The notes under the pieces: model-generated | What the model saw: only the letters and a program-made list of their open reading frames with translations | Databases searched by the model: none | What the model was told of the DNA's origin: nothing | Part shown: positions 43,543-54,149 of the stretch, one piece after another | Layout: each line of letters opens with the position of its first letter | Numbering within the stretch: position 1 is the stretch's first letter | Source: an uncultured delta proteobacterium | Lineage (GTDB): Bacteria; Myxococcota_A; Polyangia; Haliangiales; Haliangiaceae | Length of the DNA stretch: 64,000 nucleotides | Reading direction: 5' to 3' | NCBI GenBank assembly: GCA_963848295.1 | Contig: CAWKDB010000010.1 | Coordinates: 736,001 to 800,000, forward strand | Program-made: the position numbers and the translations under genes

Positions 43543-45002
43543 GCGCTCGCTCCAGTGCCCAACCCGAGCGCGAGCGCACGTGCGTCGAGATACGCGCGAC
43601 TGACTTCGAGCGCCGCGGCGGCGAGATCTCGATCACCGGCGGCGTTGCCGAGCGCCGCGACGATCGCGCTCGCTTCGGCTTCGGCGGTGACATCGCGCAG
43701 CGGACGAGCCAGCGCGGTCGCGCCACCGGCGACGCGCGCCGACACCATCGCCCCGGTGAGCTCGGTCGCATCGCCCGCGAGCACGAGCATGCGCTCGATC
43801 TCGTTCTCGAGCTCGCGGATGTTGCCGGGCCATGGATACGCGACGAGCCGCGCGAGCGCACTCGGAGCGAGCCGCGCCGTCGTGCCGCCGCGCGTGTGAT
43901 GCTTCGCGACGAAGTGGTTCGCGAGCCGCGGAATGTCGGCGACGCGCTCGCGCAGCGGCGGCACGGTGATCTTCAAGACGTTGACGCGATAGAACAGGTC
44001 CTCGCGGAACTGCTTGTTCGCGACCATCGTCGCGAGGTCCTTGTGCGACGCCGCGACGATCCGGACGTCGACCTTGACGCCCTTGGTGCCGCCGACCGGC
44101 ATCAGCGTGCCCTCTTGCAGCACGCGCAGCAGCTTCACTTGCAGCGCGGCGGACATGTCGCCGATCTCGTCGAGGAAGAACGTGCCGCCATCGGCGACGG
44201 TGAACAGCCCGGGCTGGTCTTTGACCGCGCCGGTGAACGCGCCGCGAACGTGACCGAACAGCGCACTCTCCAACAGGTTGTCGTTGAACGCGGAGCAGTT
44301 CTGCACGACGAATGGCTTCTTCGCGCGCGGCCCGTGATAGTGGATCGCGCGCGCGATCAGCTCCTTGCCGGTGCCGCTCTCGCCATGGACGAGCACGGTC
44401 GCCTCGCTCTTGACGACCTTGGTCAGCAGCTTGACGACCTCGCGAATCGCCGGCGCGTCACCGACGATCTCGGTGAACGGGTGCGCGAACGTGGTCGGCG
44501 GAATCGTGATCGGCAGGATGCGTTCGACCGCCGCGGCCGCCCCGGCGACGAGGTCCTTCACGCGCGCGAGGTCGACGTCCGACAGCTCGGGCGCGAGCTG
44601 GGCGAGCCGCTCGGCTTCGTCGCCGGCGACCCCGAGTTGGTTCACGATCGTTGCACCGAGTTGCGCACCGCTGGTGTCCACCGGGCGCGCGCCAGTCGCA
44701 TACACGACGCCGACCAAGCCGCTGCTGCCGCGCACCGGTGCCGCGATGATCGCGAGCCCGGCGTGACAGCGCACGATCGTCGGGCCGGCGGAGCGCTTCG
44801 CGGCGAAGCCCGCCGCGATCTGGGTCAGCGCCGCGGCACACCCGCCCGACGGCTGCGCCCCGAGCGTCGCGCACGCGTCATGCGATTGCCGAACGTAGCC
44901 CGCGCCCGTCGCCTCGGTCAGACCGAGCTCGAGCCCATACCAGCGCCGAAGCACATCGCGCGCGAGCGCGACCTCGGGGAGCGTGTCGAAACTAGCCTCC
45001 AC
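43539..45002 (-). CDS. Sigma-54-dependent activator with PocR-like sensory domain
   Basis: GESGTGKE, ESALFGH, GAFTGA, FFLDEIGD, WPGNIREL; N-terminal CHAGL..IAAPV. Confidence 0.9.
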   Translation of the reverse strand: MEASFDTLPEVALARDVLRRWYGLELGLTEATGAGYVRQSHDACATLGAQPSGGCAAALTQIAAGFAAKRSAGPTIVRCHAGLAIIAAPVRGSSGLVGVVYATGARPVDTSGAQLGATIVNQLGVAGDEAERLAQLAPELSDVDLARVKDLVAGAAAAVERILPITIPPTTFAHPFTEIVGDAPAIREVVKLLTKVVKSEATVLVHGESGTGKELIARAIHYHGPRAKKPFVVQNCSAFNDNLLESALFGHVRGAFTGAVKDQPGLFTVADGGTFFLDEIGDMSAALQVKLLRVLQEGTLMPVGGTKGVKVDVRIVAASHKDLATMVANKQFREDLFYRVNVLKITVPPLRERVADIPRLANHFVAKHHTRGGTTARLAPSALARLVAYPWPGNIRELENEIERMLVLAGDATELTGAMVSARVAGGATALARPLRDVTAEAEASAIVAALGNAAGDRDLAAAALEVSRAYLDARALALGLGTGASA

Positions 45003-45021
45003 CCGCGACCACTATAGCGAG

Positions 45022-45927
45022 TTACCCACGAGAAACCCATCGCTCGGGACCTACCTCTTCTGCGGATCCGTCACGCGCGAGCTTGCCGAGGTGTGACCGC
45101 AGCGATCGAGCGGCGAGTGGCCACAAGATTCGCGGCGTATCGCTGTAGACCTCGGCGACGAGCTCGTCGACGGTGCGCGCTTGCCGGGCGAGCGCCGCCT
45201 TGATCTTCGCCTCCCGCATCAAGCGGTGTGCGAGGTACTCGCGCAGCTTGGCGTGACCATCCGAGATCGCCGGTCCGTGCGCGGGCAATAGCGCAGCCTG
45301 TGGTCTCGCGAGCAACGCGCGGAGCGACGCGAGATAGAGCGCCATGTCGCCTTCGCTCGGATCGATCAGAATTGTTCCGATGCCCGCGACCATATCGCCG
45401 GCGATCGTCGCTGCATCCGTCGCGAAGCACAGATGGCCCTCCGCGTGACCGGGGGTGAACACGCAGGACACCGCGACGTTGCCGAGCTCGATCACCTCGT
45501 CGGGCTCGAGCACGCGGCCGACATCGAGCCGCCCGGCGAGTCGGCGCGCGGTCGCGGCGTGAGCGGCGATGCCGACATTGCGACGCCGCGCGAGCTCCGC
45601 GGCACCGCCGACGTGATCGCCGTGGTGATGAGTCAACGCGATCAGCGCGAGCGGGCGACCCGCGTCGGTTTCGGCGTCGAGGATCTGTTCGAGCGCGACT
45701 TGCTGATCGGGGTACGGACTGCCGGGATCGACCAGCAACTGAGGTCCGTGTGACGGGCCGACGAGGTACGCATTGGTGTGTGCGGCGGGCGGGAGCGTCG
45801 GTGTCCGTAGCGCAACCACGCGAATCCCCGGCGCTACTGGCGCCAGCGTGGGCGCGACATCCCCGATGGTCGCAGGGGCGACTCTGCGCACCTGTTCATA
45901 CAGGTCATCGATCGTGGTTTCGGCCAT
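45022..45927 (-). CDS. MBL-fold hydrolase (LACTB2-like)
   Basis: TPTLPPAAHTN, THHHGDHVGG, TPGHAEGH, PAHGP. Confidence 0.88.
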   Translation of the reverse strand: MAETTIDDLYEQVRRVAPATIGDVAPTLAPVAPGIRVVALRTPTLPPAAHTNAYLVGPSHGPQLLVDPGSPYPDQQVALEQILDAETDAGRPLALIALTHHHGDHVGGAAELARRRNVGIAAHAATARRLAGRLDVGRVLEPDEVIELGNVAVSCVFTPGHAEGHLCFATDAATIAGDMVAGIGTILIDPSEGDMALYLASLRALLARPQAALLPAHGPAISDGHAKLREYLAHRLMREAKIKAALARQARTVDELVAEVYSDTPRILWPLAARSLRSHLGKLARDGSAEEVGPERWVSRG

Positions 45928-45996
45928 GAAAATGCCGGGACGCCAAAGAGGATGACGTCGTGTCGGGCATCTCGTAGACTATTAGACAGCGCTTCC

Positions 45997-46278
45997 ATGG
46001 TCAGCGTCACCGCACGGAAGATTCGCGAGCTCGGTACCGAGCGCCCTGGCGGGGCAAGCGGGCGTCTCTACACGGGCTATTTGATCTCGTATCCGTTCAT
46101 CGGACGCGGCATGGTGATCTTTCGCGACCCGCACGGCCACCGCATGATCACGACGCCGGTCCGCCGGGTGCTCGGCGAGCCCGGCGGGAAGATGATCTAC
46201 GTCGAGACCGAGAACAGTGTCTATCGCCTCGAGATCCACGGCGAGCCGCTGTTCCCGATGCGCGCCGCCGGCGAGTAA
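45997..46278 (+). CDS. Small hypothetical protein
   Basis: Typical codon usage; MITTPVRRVL ... VETENSVYRL; start uncertain. Confidence 0.6.
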   Translation: MVSVTARKIRELGTERPGGASGRLYTGYLISYPFIGRGMVIFRDPHGHRMITTPVRRVLGEPGGKMIYVETENSVYRLEIHGEPLFPMRAAGE

Positions 46279-46293
46279 CCAGCTCGCGAGCAG

Positions 46294-47217
46294 CTACGTG
46301 TCGAGCGCTTGGCCGAGCGCGGCCACGTCGGCCGGTGCGAGCGTCGTCGCGAACACGAGCGGCAGCTCGTGCACCGGTGCGGTCGCGCGTTGTCGCAGCT
46401 CGGCCAAGTAGCGCGCGTTGAGGGCATGGCGATCGAGCGCGAGCTTGCCGTGCGCGGCGAGCTCGGCGAGCGGCGAGCCGAGCGCCGGTTCTGCGACGAG
46501 AGTCTCGACCACCCGGTTGACCGGTGAGCCCGCCGGGAAGTGATCCGGATAGACCTGGTTGCAGACGATGCGCTCGGCGGCGATGCCGAGCTTGGCGAGT
46601 GAGTGCTCGAGCTGGATCGCTTCGTTGACCGGCATCTCTTCAGCGAGCGTGACGAGCACCGTCGCGGTGCGCGCCGGATCCGAGAGCAGCGCCTTCATCG
46701 TCCGAGCATCGCGGGTCAACGGTCCATCGGGCACGGTCTCGTCGATCACCCACGGCACGTGCAGCATCGCGAGCGCGTGACCGGACGCCGGCATGTCGAA
46801 CACCACGGTGTCCCAGACCGGCTTGCCGCGCTTCTCTTCCGCCGTGTGAAACCAGGCCTTGCCGAGCAGCGAGTAGTCGTCGAGACCCGGAATCGCCCGC
46901 AAGAACGCGCGGGTGACGCGGTTCTCGAACACCATCTCGTAGACCGACTTGAACTTGAGGATCATCATCCCGTACTCGGCGAGCGCGGCCGCGGGCGTGG
47001 TGTTGACCGCCGACAGATTCGGCGCGAGCGACACGACCTCGGTGCCGACCGCGGGCTTATCGAAGTAGCTACCGAAGCGATCGTTCGCGTTGGTCTCGAA
47101 CAGCAGGGTCTTGCGGCCGCGCTTCGCGCACGCCCCGGCGATCGCGGCAGCCACCGTGCTACGGCCGACGCCGCCCTTGCCTACGACCAGAATCAGCCGA
47201 CGCTCGAACAACTCCAC
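46294..47217 (-). CDS. ArsA/Get3-like ATPase, subunit 1
   Basis: [34 protein letters not shown]. Confidence 0.88.
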   Translation of the reverse strand: MELFERRLILVVGKGGVGRSTVAAAIAGACAKRGRKTLLFETNANDRFGSYFDKPAVGTEVVSLAPNLSAVNTTPAAALAEYGMMILKFKSVYEMVFENRVTRAFLRAIPGLDDYSLLGKAWFHTAEEKRGKPVWDTVVFDMPASGHALAMLHVPWVIDETVPDGPLTRDARTMKALLSDPARTATVLVTLAEEMPVNEAIQLEHSLAKLGIAAERIVCNQVYPDHFPAGSPVNRVVETLVAEPALGSPLAELAAHGKLALDRHALNARYLAELRQRATAPVHELPLVFATTLAPADVAALGQALDT

Positions 47218-47226
47218 TTCACGGCC

Positions 47227-47634
47227 TCAGTTTTGGGGGGAGGGCCCGGCCGGTGCAGTAACCGCCGCCGGCTCGCCGTCGACGATCACCGCGACGCCGC
47301 TCGCTTCGGCCGACCGCCAGCCGATCAGCTTGCGCAGCACCCAGATGCCGTCGTCGGGGGTGATGTCGACGTGGATGTCGATGACCTTGTCGGCGCCGAG
47401 CGTCTTGGCCGACGCGATCAACATGCGGTTGACCACGTGGTCCAAGTCGACGTGACCCGGGATCGGGATGAAGAGAAAGTAGGCGCTGGTGATCGATGCG
47501 TGGACGACCGCGATCGCCCGCAGGTGCGGACCTACATACATGTTCTCGGGCTGGACCCGCACCGTCGAGATCGACGAGCACGCGGTCACACAGGCGAGAA
47601 CGCCCGCTCGTGTCAACCCGCGAAGCCCGGCCAT
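47227..47634 (-). CDS. Hypothetical lipoprotein
   Basis: Lipobox VTAC; AKTLGADKVIDI. Confidence 0.6.
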   Translation of the reverse strand: MAGLRGLTRAGVLACVTACSSISTVRVQPENMYVGPHLRAIAVVHASITSAYFLFIPIPGHVDLDHVVNRMLIASAKTLGADKVIDIHVDITPDDGIWVLRKLIGWRSAEASGVAVIVDGEPAAVTAPAGPSPQN

Positions 47635-47711
47635 GATGTGTGCAGGCTAACACGGCGGATCGGGCCTCGAGGCCGTTTAGGGGCCCGAGCGATGATAGGA
47701 TCGTAGGCATC

Positions 47712-48599
47712 GTGGTGCGGAGGCTCGTGCTCGCGCTCGTCGTGGCCATCGTCGCGCAAGCGACGCTCGCGCCATCGCTGACCCGCGCCGATGTCGGCGG
47801 CCCCGAAGAGGCGCTCGACAAGAAGATCGCGGTGTGGCGGTTCGACGCGCTCGGCATCGATCCAGAGCTGGTCGCGCGGCTGGAGATCTTGTTCCGCATG
47901 GAGCTCGGTCGGCTCGACAAGCAACCATTGCCGAGCCGGCGCGACATCGAGCGCACGCTCACCGCCGCGGATCGCGAGTGCACCGGCGAAGAGAAGTGTC
48001 TCGCCGCGATCGGCAAGCGGCTCGGCGTCGACGTCGTGATCACGGGCACGGTCGGCGCGCTCGGCACGAACTACGTGCTCAACATCAAGGCGGTCGAGGT
48101 CGCGACCGGCAAGTCGCAGCGGATCGCGAGCGACCCGTTGAAGGGTAGCCCCGACGAGCTGATCGAAAGTGTGCGGGTCGCCGCCTACAAGCTGCTCGCG
48201 CCCGACCAGCTGCACGGCGCGGTGCAGATCCAGACCGATCTGATCGGTGCGGCAGTCTCGCTCGACGGCCAGTCGCTGGGCAAGACGCCGCTGCCGAACC
48301 AAGGCGTGATCGGCAAGCTCGCGATCGGCCCGCACAAGCTGATCGTGTCGGCGAAGGACTACGCGCCGTTCGACGAGGACGTCGAGGTCCACTTCCAGAA
48401 GGTGAGCCCGGTCGTCGTCCGCTTGCTGCAGTCCAACGAGGTGATCGGCACGGGCAAGACGGTCACGGTCGAGCGCCATCCGTTCTACACGCGGACGTGG
48501 TTTATCGTCGGCGTCAGCGTGTTGGCGATCGCCGCTGGCGTGGTCATCGGCCACCACGAGCGCTGCTTTCCAGTCTCCGGCATGAGCCCAGAATGCTGA
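47712..48599 (+). CDS. PEGA domain protein
   Basis: Signal peptide; C.GEEKCLAAIG; GAAVSLDG..LGKTPL; PFYTRTWF followed by TM. Confidence 0.78.
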   Translation: MVRRLVLALVVAIVAQATLAPSLTRADVGGPEEALDKKIAVWRFDALGIDPELVARLEILFRMELGRLDKQPLPSRRDIERTLTAADRECTGEEKCLAAIGKRLGVDVVITGTVGALGTNYVLNIKAVEVATGKSQRIASDPLKGSPDELIESVRVAAYKLLAPDQLHGAVQIQTDLIGAAVSLDGQSLGKTPLPNQGVIGKLAIGPHKLIVSAKDYAPFDEDVEVHFQKVSPVVVRLLQSNEVIGTGKTVTVERHPFYTRTWFIVGVSVLAIAAGVVIGHHERCFPVSGMSPEC

Positions 48600-49489
48600 T
48601 CGGCCGGGTGGCCGCGCTCGCGCTCGCGTTCGCCGTGATCGTCGTCGGCCTGCGCAGCGCACGCGCCGAGCGAGTCGTCGCGGTCGCGCCGCTATCGACG
48701 TTCGGCAACGAGGACAGGAGCGCCGCGACGAAGAGGCTGCTCGCCGAGGTCGAGGCCGCGATCGCCGCGCTCCCCGACACGAAGATCGTGACCGCCGCGC
48801 AAGTCGCCGAGGCGATCAAGAAGGCGAACAAGCCGCTGCTCAAGACGTGCGAGGGCGATGGCGCGTGTATCGCCGAGATCGGCAAGCTCGTCGGTGCGCA
48901 GCTCGTCGTGACCGGCGAAGTCGGTGGCCTCGGCGATGCGAAGGTCATGTATCTCGGCGCCACCGACGTCGCGACCGCCAAGGAGTTGCGCTCGACGACG
49001 TTAGGCGTGGGCGCGGCCGACACCGGTGGCGGCGCGGCGGGGGCTGCGGTGCGGCTGCTCGATCCCGGTCGCTACACCGCGAACGTCAAGTTCTCGATCG
49101 ACGTCACCGGCGCGACGGTCTACGTCAACGGCAGCAAGATGACGCTAGGCGCCGGCGGCGTGGTCAGCCTCCCGGTCGGGACCCAGGCCGTGCGCGTGAC
49201 CCAGCCCGAATATCACGACTTCGTGCGGTTCGTGGACGTGGTCTACGGCAAGACCACCGATGTCGCGGTCGGCATGCAGCAGTATCCGATCATCGAGCAC
49301 GACGTCCACGCGCGGCCGACGAACATCGACAAGGTCAGGTACCTCGATCCGCCGATCTGGCGCCGGTGGTACGTGTGGGGCGCGGTCGCCCTGGCCACCG
49401 CGATCGCCGTCGGCTTCGTCGCTGATCATACCGGCGGGTCTCACCCGTGCATCGTGGTCGGCTCCGACTCGCCGTGCCCGCAGCGCTAG
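48593..49489 (+). CDS. PEGA domain protein (paralog of the previous gene)
   Basis: C.GDGACIAEIG; GATVYVNG; PIWRRWYVW followed by TM. Confidence 0.78.
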   Translation: MLIGRVAALALAFAVIVVGLRSARAERVVAVAPLSTFGNEDRSAATKRLLAEVEAAIAALPDTKIVTAAQVAEAIKKANKPLLKTCEGDGACIAEIGKLVGAQLVVTGEVGGLGDAKVMYLGATDVATAKELRSTTLGVGAADTGGGAAGAAVRLLDPGRYTANVKFSIDVTGATVYVNGSKMTLGAGGVVSLPVGTQAVRVTQPEYHDFVRFVDVVYGKTTDVAVGMQQYPIIEHDVHARPTNIDKVRYLDPPIWRRWYVWGAVALATAIAVGFVADHTGGSHPCIVVGSDSPCPQR

Positions 49490-50406
49490 CGGACCAAGCC
49501 CCACAGCTGGTTCAGCTTGCGGTTCGCCGCACCGAAATCGCCGTCGCCGTACTTCTGCAGCACGTCCTTCATGCCTTCGGTCAGCTGCCCCGACTTCGCT
49601 TCGTCCGGTTTCGAGCTCGACACGTGGCTCTGCAACCGCGCGTACTTCGCGGTGATGAACGCGCGGTCGACCTTGACCGCGTCCACCGTCGCCGACAACT
49701 GAGCCGCCGCGAGGTAGGCTCGGCCCCAGTCGCCCTCGCCCATCGCCTTGGTTGCTTCGCCTTCGAGACCTTGCGCGGTGCTCGGGAGGTCGCTGCCGAG
49801 CATGCCCTTCCTGGCCATGCCCGCGCGCGCTCTGCTCAATAGCGGCTCGACGTCCCGGCGTGTGTAGTTCGCGCCCTTCGCGGCTGGCGCTTGGATGATC
49901 ACCGGCGGTGCCGAGCTCGCGCACGAGTCCTTCCAGCGCTGCGCCGATTCGTAGTCGCGCTGAGCGAGCTGCTTCTCGCGCTCGGCGACTCGCGCCTCGC
50001 GGTCGGCGACGGTGCGCTCCCGGGACCCGATCTCGGCCTCGCGAGACGCGACCTGCGCGGTCTTATCACCCGTGGCTTGGAGCGCGTCGATCTTGCTCGA
50101 CAGCGTGTTGATCAAGTCCGAGGTCTGAGTCTCGAGCTGGCTGTCGAGCTCCGCCTTCTTCTTGTCGAGATCCTTCGTGTCGTCGCCGGCTTGCTGTTTG
50201 ATCTTGATCTCGTCGATCACTTTGTCGCGCTGATCTTGCAACTGCTTGCGCGCGGCGAGCAGCGCGTCGCGCCGAGCCTTGAGCTCCTGCTGCGCTTTGA
50301 TCGCGGCGGGATCCGGCACGGTCGCCGCATCGCCATCCTTGCTCTTACACCCGGAGAGCACGACGCCCACCACCAGCATTAGGACGACGAGCCCCGGCGC
50401 ACGCAT
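49486..50406 (-). CDS. Coiled-coil lipoprotein
   Basis: Lipobox LSGC; long heptad region; TACAAT 7 nt before ATG. Confidence 0.72.
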   Translation of the reverse strand: MRAPGLVVLMLVVGVVLSGCKSKDGDAATVPDPAAIKAQQELKARRDALLAARKQLQDQRDKVIDEIKIKQQAGDDTKDLDKKKAELDSQLETQTSDLINTLSSKIDALQATGDKTAQVASREAEIGSRERTVADREARVAEREKQLAQRDYESAQRWKDSCASSAPPVIIQAPAAKGANYTRRDVEPLLSRARAGMARKGMLGSDLPSTAQGLEGEATKAMGEGDWGRAYLAAAQLSATVDAVKVDRAFITAKYARLQSHVSSSKPDEAKSGQLTEGMKDVLQKYGDGDFGAANRKLNQLWGLVR

Positions 50407-50466
50407 AGCTGGAATTGTACGAGATCCGCCGCGGCGATGCCGAGTTTTGGTCGTACAGTCGCGAGC

Positions 50467-51078
50467 ATGCTCCTGTACCACGACCCCCGCGCACCGAATC
50501 CGCGCCGGGTCCGCATCTTCCTGGCCGAGAAGAACGTGGCGTACGACACGATCGAGGTCTCGATCGCGAATGCCGCGAACCAGACCCCCGAGTTCCGTCG
50601 CAAGAACCCGCTGGCGTTGTTGCCGGTCCTGGAGTTCCCGGACGGCAGGATCCTGCGTGAATCGGTGGCGATCTGCCGCTACATCGAAGAGCTCCACCCC
50701 GAGCCGAACCTGTTCGGCAGCGATCCATGGGAGCGCGCGGTGTTCGAGCAATGGAACCGCCATGCCGAGCTCGAGCTCCTCGTGCCGATCCAGCTGCTGT
50801 TCCGTAACACGAGCACGTTCTGGGCCGGCAGGATCAAACAAGTCCCGGAGCTCGGCGACGCGGTCCGCGAGGTCATTGGCGAGCGCCTCGCCTGGCTCAA
50901 CGGCGAGCTTGCCAACCGGCCGTACCTCGCGGGTCAGCGGTTCTCGATCGCCGACATCACGGCACTCTGTGCGATCGACTTCGCGAAGGCTTCGAAGTTA
51001 CGGCTCGATCCCGCGGTTCATCCGCATCTTGTTGCGTGGCACGAACGCGTCGCCGCGCGTCCGAGCACGAAAGCCTGA
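50467..51078 (+). CDS. Glutathione S-transferase family protein
   Basis: APNPRRVRIFLAEK, NPL..LPVL, ESVAICRY, FSIADIT. Confidence 0.92.
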   Translation: MLLYHDPRAPNPRRVRIFLAEKNVAYDTIEVSIANAANQTPEFRRKNPLALLPVLEFPDGRILRESVAICRYIEELHPEPNLFGSDPWERAVFEQWNRHAELELLVPIQLLFRNTSTFWAGRIKQVPELGDAVREVIGERLAWLNGELANRPYLAGQRFSIADITALCAIDFAKASKLRLDPAVHPHLVAWHERVAARPSTKA

Positions 51079-51081
51079 CGC

Positions 51082-51609
51082 TCAACGCTCGCCGCGATCG
51101 TACGCGGCGCGGGACTCGGCGATGATGTCGAGCGCTTTGTCGCGGCCGTAGAAGTCGGACACGTCGGACTTCTTGCCTTCGAGCGACTTGTAGTCGCGGA
51201 AGAACCGATCGAGCTCGAGCTTCACGTGGCTCGGGATCTGGGCGAGGGTCTCGTAGTGCGCGTACGCCGGATCGTCGATGCACACCGCGATGATCTTGTC
51301 GTCGCCGCCCATGTCGTCGACCATCCGCAGCCCGCCGAGCGCGCGGGCGCGGACGATCGTGAGCGGCGCCACCGGCTCCTGCATGAGCACGAGGATGTCG
51401 AGCGGATCGCCGTCGTCGCCGTGCGTGCGAGGGATGAAGCCATAATTCGCCGGATAGTGCACGGCGGAGTACAGCACGCGGTCGAGCTTGAGCAGCCCGG
51501 TTGGTTTGTCGACTTCGTACTTGAGATGAGAGCCGCGCGGGATCTCGATCACGGTCGGCAAGTACGCGCGAAAGTCCGCGGGGACCTCGATGTCGTGGAC
51601 CGGATGCAT
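51082..51609 (-). CDS. ppa: Inorganic pyrophosphatase (family I)
   Basis: IEIPRGS..KYE, YPANYGFIP, DGDPLD, DDKIIAV. Confidence 0.96.
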   Translation of the reverse strand: MHPVHDIEVPADFRAYLPTVIEIPRGSHLKYEVDKPTGLLKLDRVLYSAVHYPANYGFIPRTHGDDGDPLDILVLMQEPVAPLTIVRARALGGLRMVDDMGGDDKIIAVCIDDPAYAHYETLAQIPSHVKLELDRFFRDYKSLEGKKSDVSDFYGRDKALDIIAESRAAYDRGER

Positions 51610-51622
51610 TGGCGCGACGGTA

Positions 51623-52657
51623 TCAGAGACGCGCCGCGAGCTGGCCACACGCCGCCGCGACATCGCCGCCACCCGAGTAGCGGCGGTGACTCGGCAGGCC
51701 GGCCGCGGATAGCACGGCGCGAAACGCCGGCTCGCGATCACTGTGACCGAACGGATCGCCGTCGCTCGAGATCGAGTTGTAGCGGAGGATCGACAGCCGC
51801 GGCCGCACGCCGGTGTCGGCGGCGAACGCACGGGCGCGCGTGACGAGCGCGGCGGCGTCGGCGTCGCTATCGTTGACGCCGGCGAGCAGCGTCACCGCCC
51901 ACATCGGCGCGAGCCGGGTTGCGCGGGCGTGGTCGGCGGCGGCGGCGAGCACGTCGTCGAGGGAGTGCGCGCGCGTGATCGGCATGACGCGCAGCCGATG
52001 CTCCGCGATCGCGCTCGAGATCGAGATCGCCAACCTCACGTTCGGCGCCGCGGCGGCGAGCTTGCGGATCCCGCCCGGCAAGCCCGCGGTGCACACCGTG
52101 ATCCGGCGCGCATCGATGCCGAGCGCGCACGGCTCGCACATCACCGCGATCGCCGCGACCACCGCGTCGAGGTTCGCGAGCGGCTCGCCCATACCTTGGA
52201 ACACGACGCCGTGAATGCGTCCGCCGGCCGGCACCCGCAGCCGGACCTCGCGCACCTGCTCGACGATCTCCCACGCATCGAGGTTGCGGCTGAGGCCCAG
52301 CCGGCCCGTCGCACAGAATTCACAGGCGAGCGCGCACCCGACCTGCGAGCTGACGCACACCGTGAACCGACCGGGGTGCTCGAGCGGAATGCGCACGGCC
52401 TCGAAGCGATCGCCGGAGCTCGCCAGCACGTACTTGACGAACGGATCGATCGCGCTCGCGACCTCGGCGACGACGTCGAGTCGCGGTACTCCGCCCGCTG
52501 CGCGCACCGCATCGGCCGCGACCCGGCGCACCGCGGACGTCGCGTTGATCGGGTCGCCGCGGTGGACTTGCGCGATCAGCTTGCGCGCTTCGGCGAGCGA
52601 AACCTCGGGAACGGCGTCCGCGAGCGCGCGCGGCGTGAGGGCTTGCAGCGCCAACAT
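51623..52657 (-). CDS. RlmN/Cfr-family radical SAM RNA methyltransferase
   Basis: CVSSQVGCALACEFCATG, GMGEP, AACGQL. Confidence 0.88.
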   Translation of the reverse strand: MLALQALTPRALADAVPEVSLAEARKLIAQVHRGDPINATSAVRRVAADAVRAAGGVPRLDVVAEVASAIDPFVKYVLASSGDRFEAVRIPLEHPGRFTVCVSSQVGCALACEFCATGRLGLSRNLDAWEIVEQVREVRLRVPAGGRIHGVVFQGMGEPLANLDAVVAAIAVMCEPCALGIDARRITVCTAGLPGGIRKLAAAAPNVRLAISISSAIAEHRLRVMPITRAHSLDDVLAAAADHARATRLAPMWAVTLLAGVNDSDADAAALVTRARAFAADTGVRPRLSILRYNSISSDGDPFGHSDREPAFRAVLSAAGLPSHRRYSGGGDVAAACGQLAARL

Positions 52658-52733
52658 CGCGATAACCGGCGCTCAAGTTACACCAACGTGGCGGATACTT
52701 TGCGACAACGACTCGCCACGGTACGATCAATCA

Positions 52734-54149
52734 GTGGCGTACCCCGAGGTGATCCGAGTCTTCGCGACCTCTCAGGATCCCGACTTCGACGGCCCCTGGC
52801 AGGCGAGAACTCCGTCGAACAGCACCGGTTCTGCGGTCGTCATCGGCCCCGGCCTGTTGCTCACCGGTGCCCATGTCGTCGCGAACGCGACGTTTCTCCA
52901 GGTCCAGAAGCAGTCGCACCCCGACAAGGCGATCGCGCGGGTCAAGGCGGTGTCGCACGACTGCGACCTGGCGCTGCTCGAGGTCGTGGAACCAGCTGAT
53001 TTCCTTTCAGATATCGAGCCGGCCGACGTCGGCGACATGCCGGTCTTGCGCGACGAGGTCGCGGTCGTCGGCTACCCGATCGGCGGCGAAGAGATCTCGA
53101 TCACCGAAGGCGTGGTCTCGCGCATCGAGGTCCAACGCTACAGCCATTCGCAGCGCCACTTGCTCGCGGTCACGGTCGACGCTGCGATCAACGCGGGCAA
53201 CAGCGGCGGCCCGGTGTTCGGCGACGGCAAGGTTGTCGGCATCGCGTTCCAGAAGCTGACCGGCGTCGACAACATCGGCGAGATGGTCCCTCCGCCGATC
53301 ATCCGCGCGTTCCTCGCGGGCGTCGGCAAGCACAAGCGGCCGGAGATCCCCGCGCTCGGCATCACGACGCAGAACCTCGAGAACCCGTTGATGCGCAAGC
53401 AGCTCGCGCTGACCGACAGCGAGCACGGCGTCGTCGTGCTCCACGTCGATCACGGCGGGTCGTCCGAAGGCGTGCTCGAGCCGCGCGACGTGATCACCTC
53501 GATCGACGGCCAGCAGATCGCGAACAACGGCACGATCCAGTTCATGGGCCGCCACCGCACGCGCTACGATGTCGTGCTCGGCTATCGCTACATCGGCGAC
53601 AAGGTCAAGCTCGACATCAAGCGCGCCGGTAAGGCCAAGGCGGTCGAGGTCGTGCTCGACAAGTGGCTGCCGCTCGTCGCGCGCTCGCGCTACGACGAGC
53701 CGCCGCAGTACTTCGTCTACGGCGGGCTCGTGTTCCAGACCTTGACCCGCGACTTCCTCACGACGTGGGACAAGTGGTGGAACAAGGCGCCGAAGGAGTT
53801 CCTCAACTACTACTACCTGGGCTACCGCACGCCCGAGCAGAGCGAGATCGTGATCCTGACCCAGATCCTCGCCGACGAGATCAACGTCGGCTACTCGCAC
53901 CTCTACAACGAAGCGATCGCGACGCTCGACGGCAAGGTGCCGTATGACATGGTCGACTTCGTCCAGCGCTTGTCATCGGCGCACGGCGTCGTCGAGATCA
54001 CGACGACCTCCGGTGGCATCATCGTGCTCGATGCCGACGAGGTTCGCCGCGCGTCGGCTCGCATCCTCGCGCGTTATCACATCCCGCGCGATCGCACGAT
54101 CGGCCTGCCCGGCGCGATCGCCGCGCCGATTCGCGCGACCGCGCCTTAG
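52734..54149 (+). CDS. Deg/HtrA-family trypsin-like protease with PDZ domains, no signal peptide
   Basis: AHVV, DCDLALL, DAAINAGNSGGP. Confidence 0.9.
   Translation: MAYPEVIRVFATSQDPDFDGPWQARTPSNSTGSAVVIGPGLLLTGAHVVANATFLQVQKQSHPDKAIARVKAVSHDCDLALLEVVEPADFLSDIEPADVGDMPVLRDEVAVVGYPIGGEEISITEGVVSRIEVQRYSHSQRHLLAVTVDAAINAGNSGGPVFGDGKVVGIAFQKLTGVDNIGEMVPPPIIRAFLAGVGKHKRPEIPALGITTQNLENPLMRKQLALTDSEHGVVVLHVDHGGSSEGVLEPRDVITSIDGQQIANNGTIQFMGRHRTRYDVVLGYRYIGDKVKLDIKRAGKAKAVEVVLDKWLPLVARSRYDEPPQYFVYGGLVFQTLTRDFLTTWDKWWNKAPKEFLNYYYLGYRTPEQSEIVILTQILADEINVGYSHLYNEAIATLDGKVPYDMVDFVQRLSSAHGVVEITTTSGGIIVLDADEVRRASARILARYHIPRDRTIGLPGAIAAPIRATAP

Noticed and set aside
51623..52657. Cfr antibiotic-resistance methyltransferase
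   Set aside because: Family motifs are shared with RlmN; no mobile context; cannot be assigned to Cfr without phylogeny
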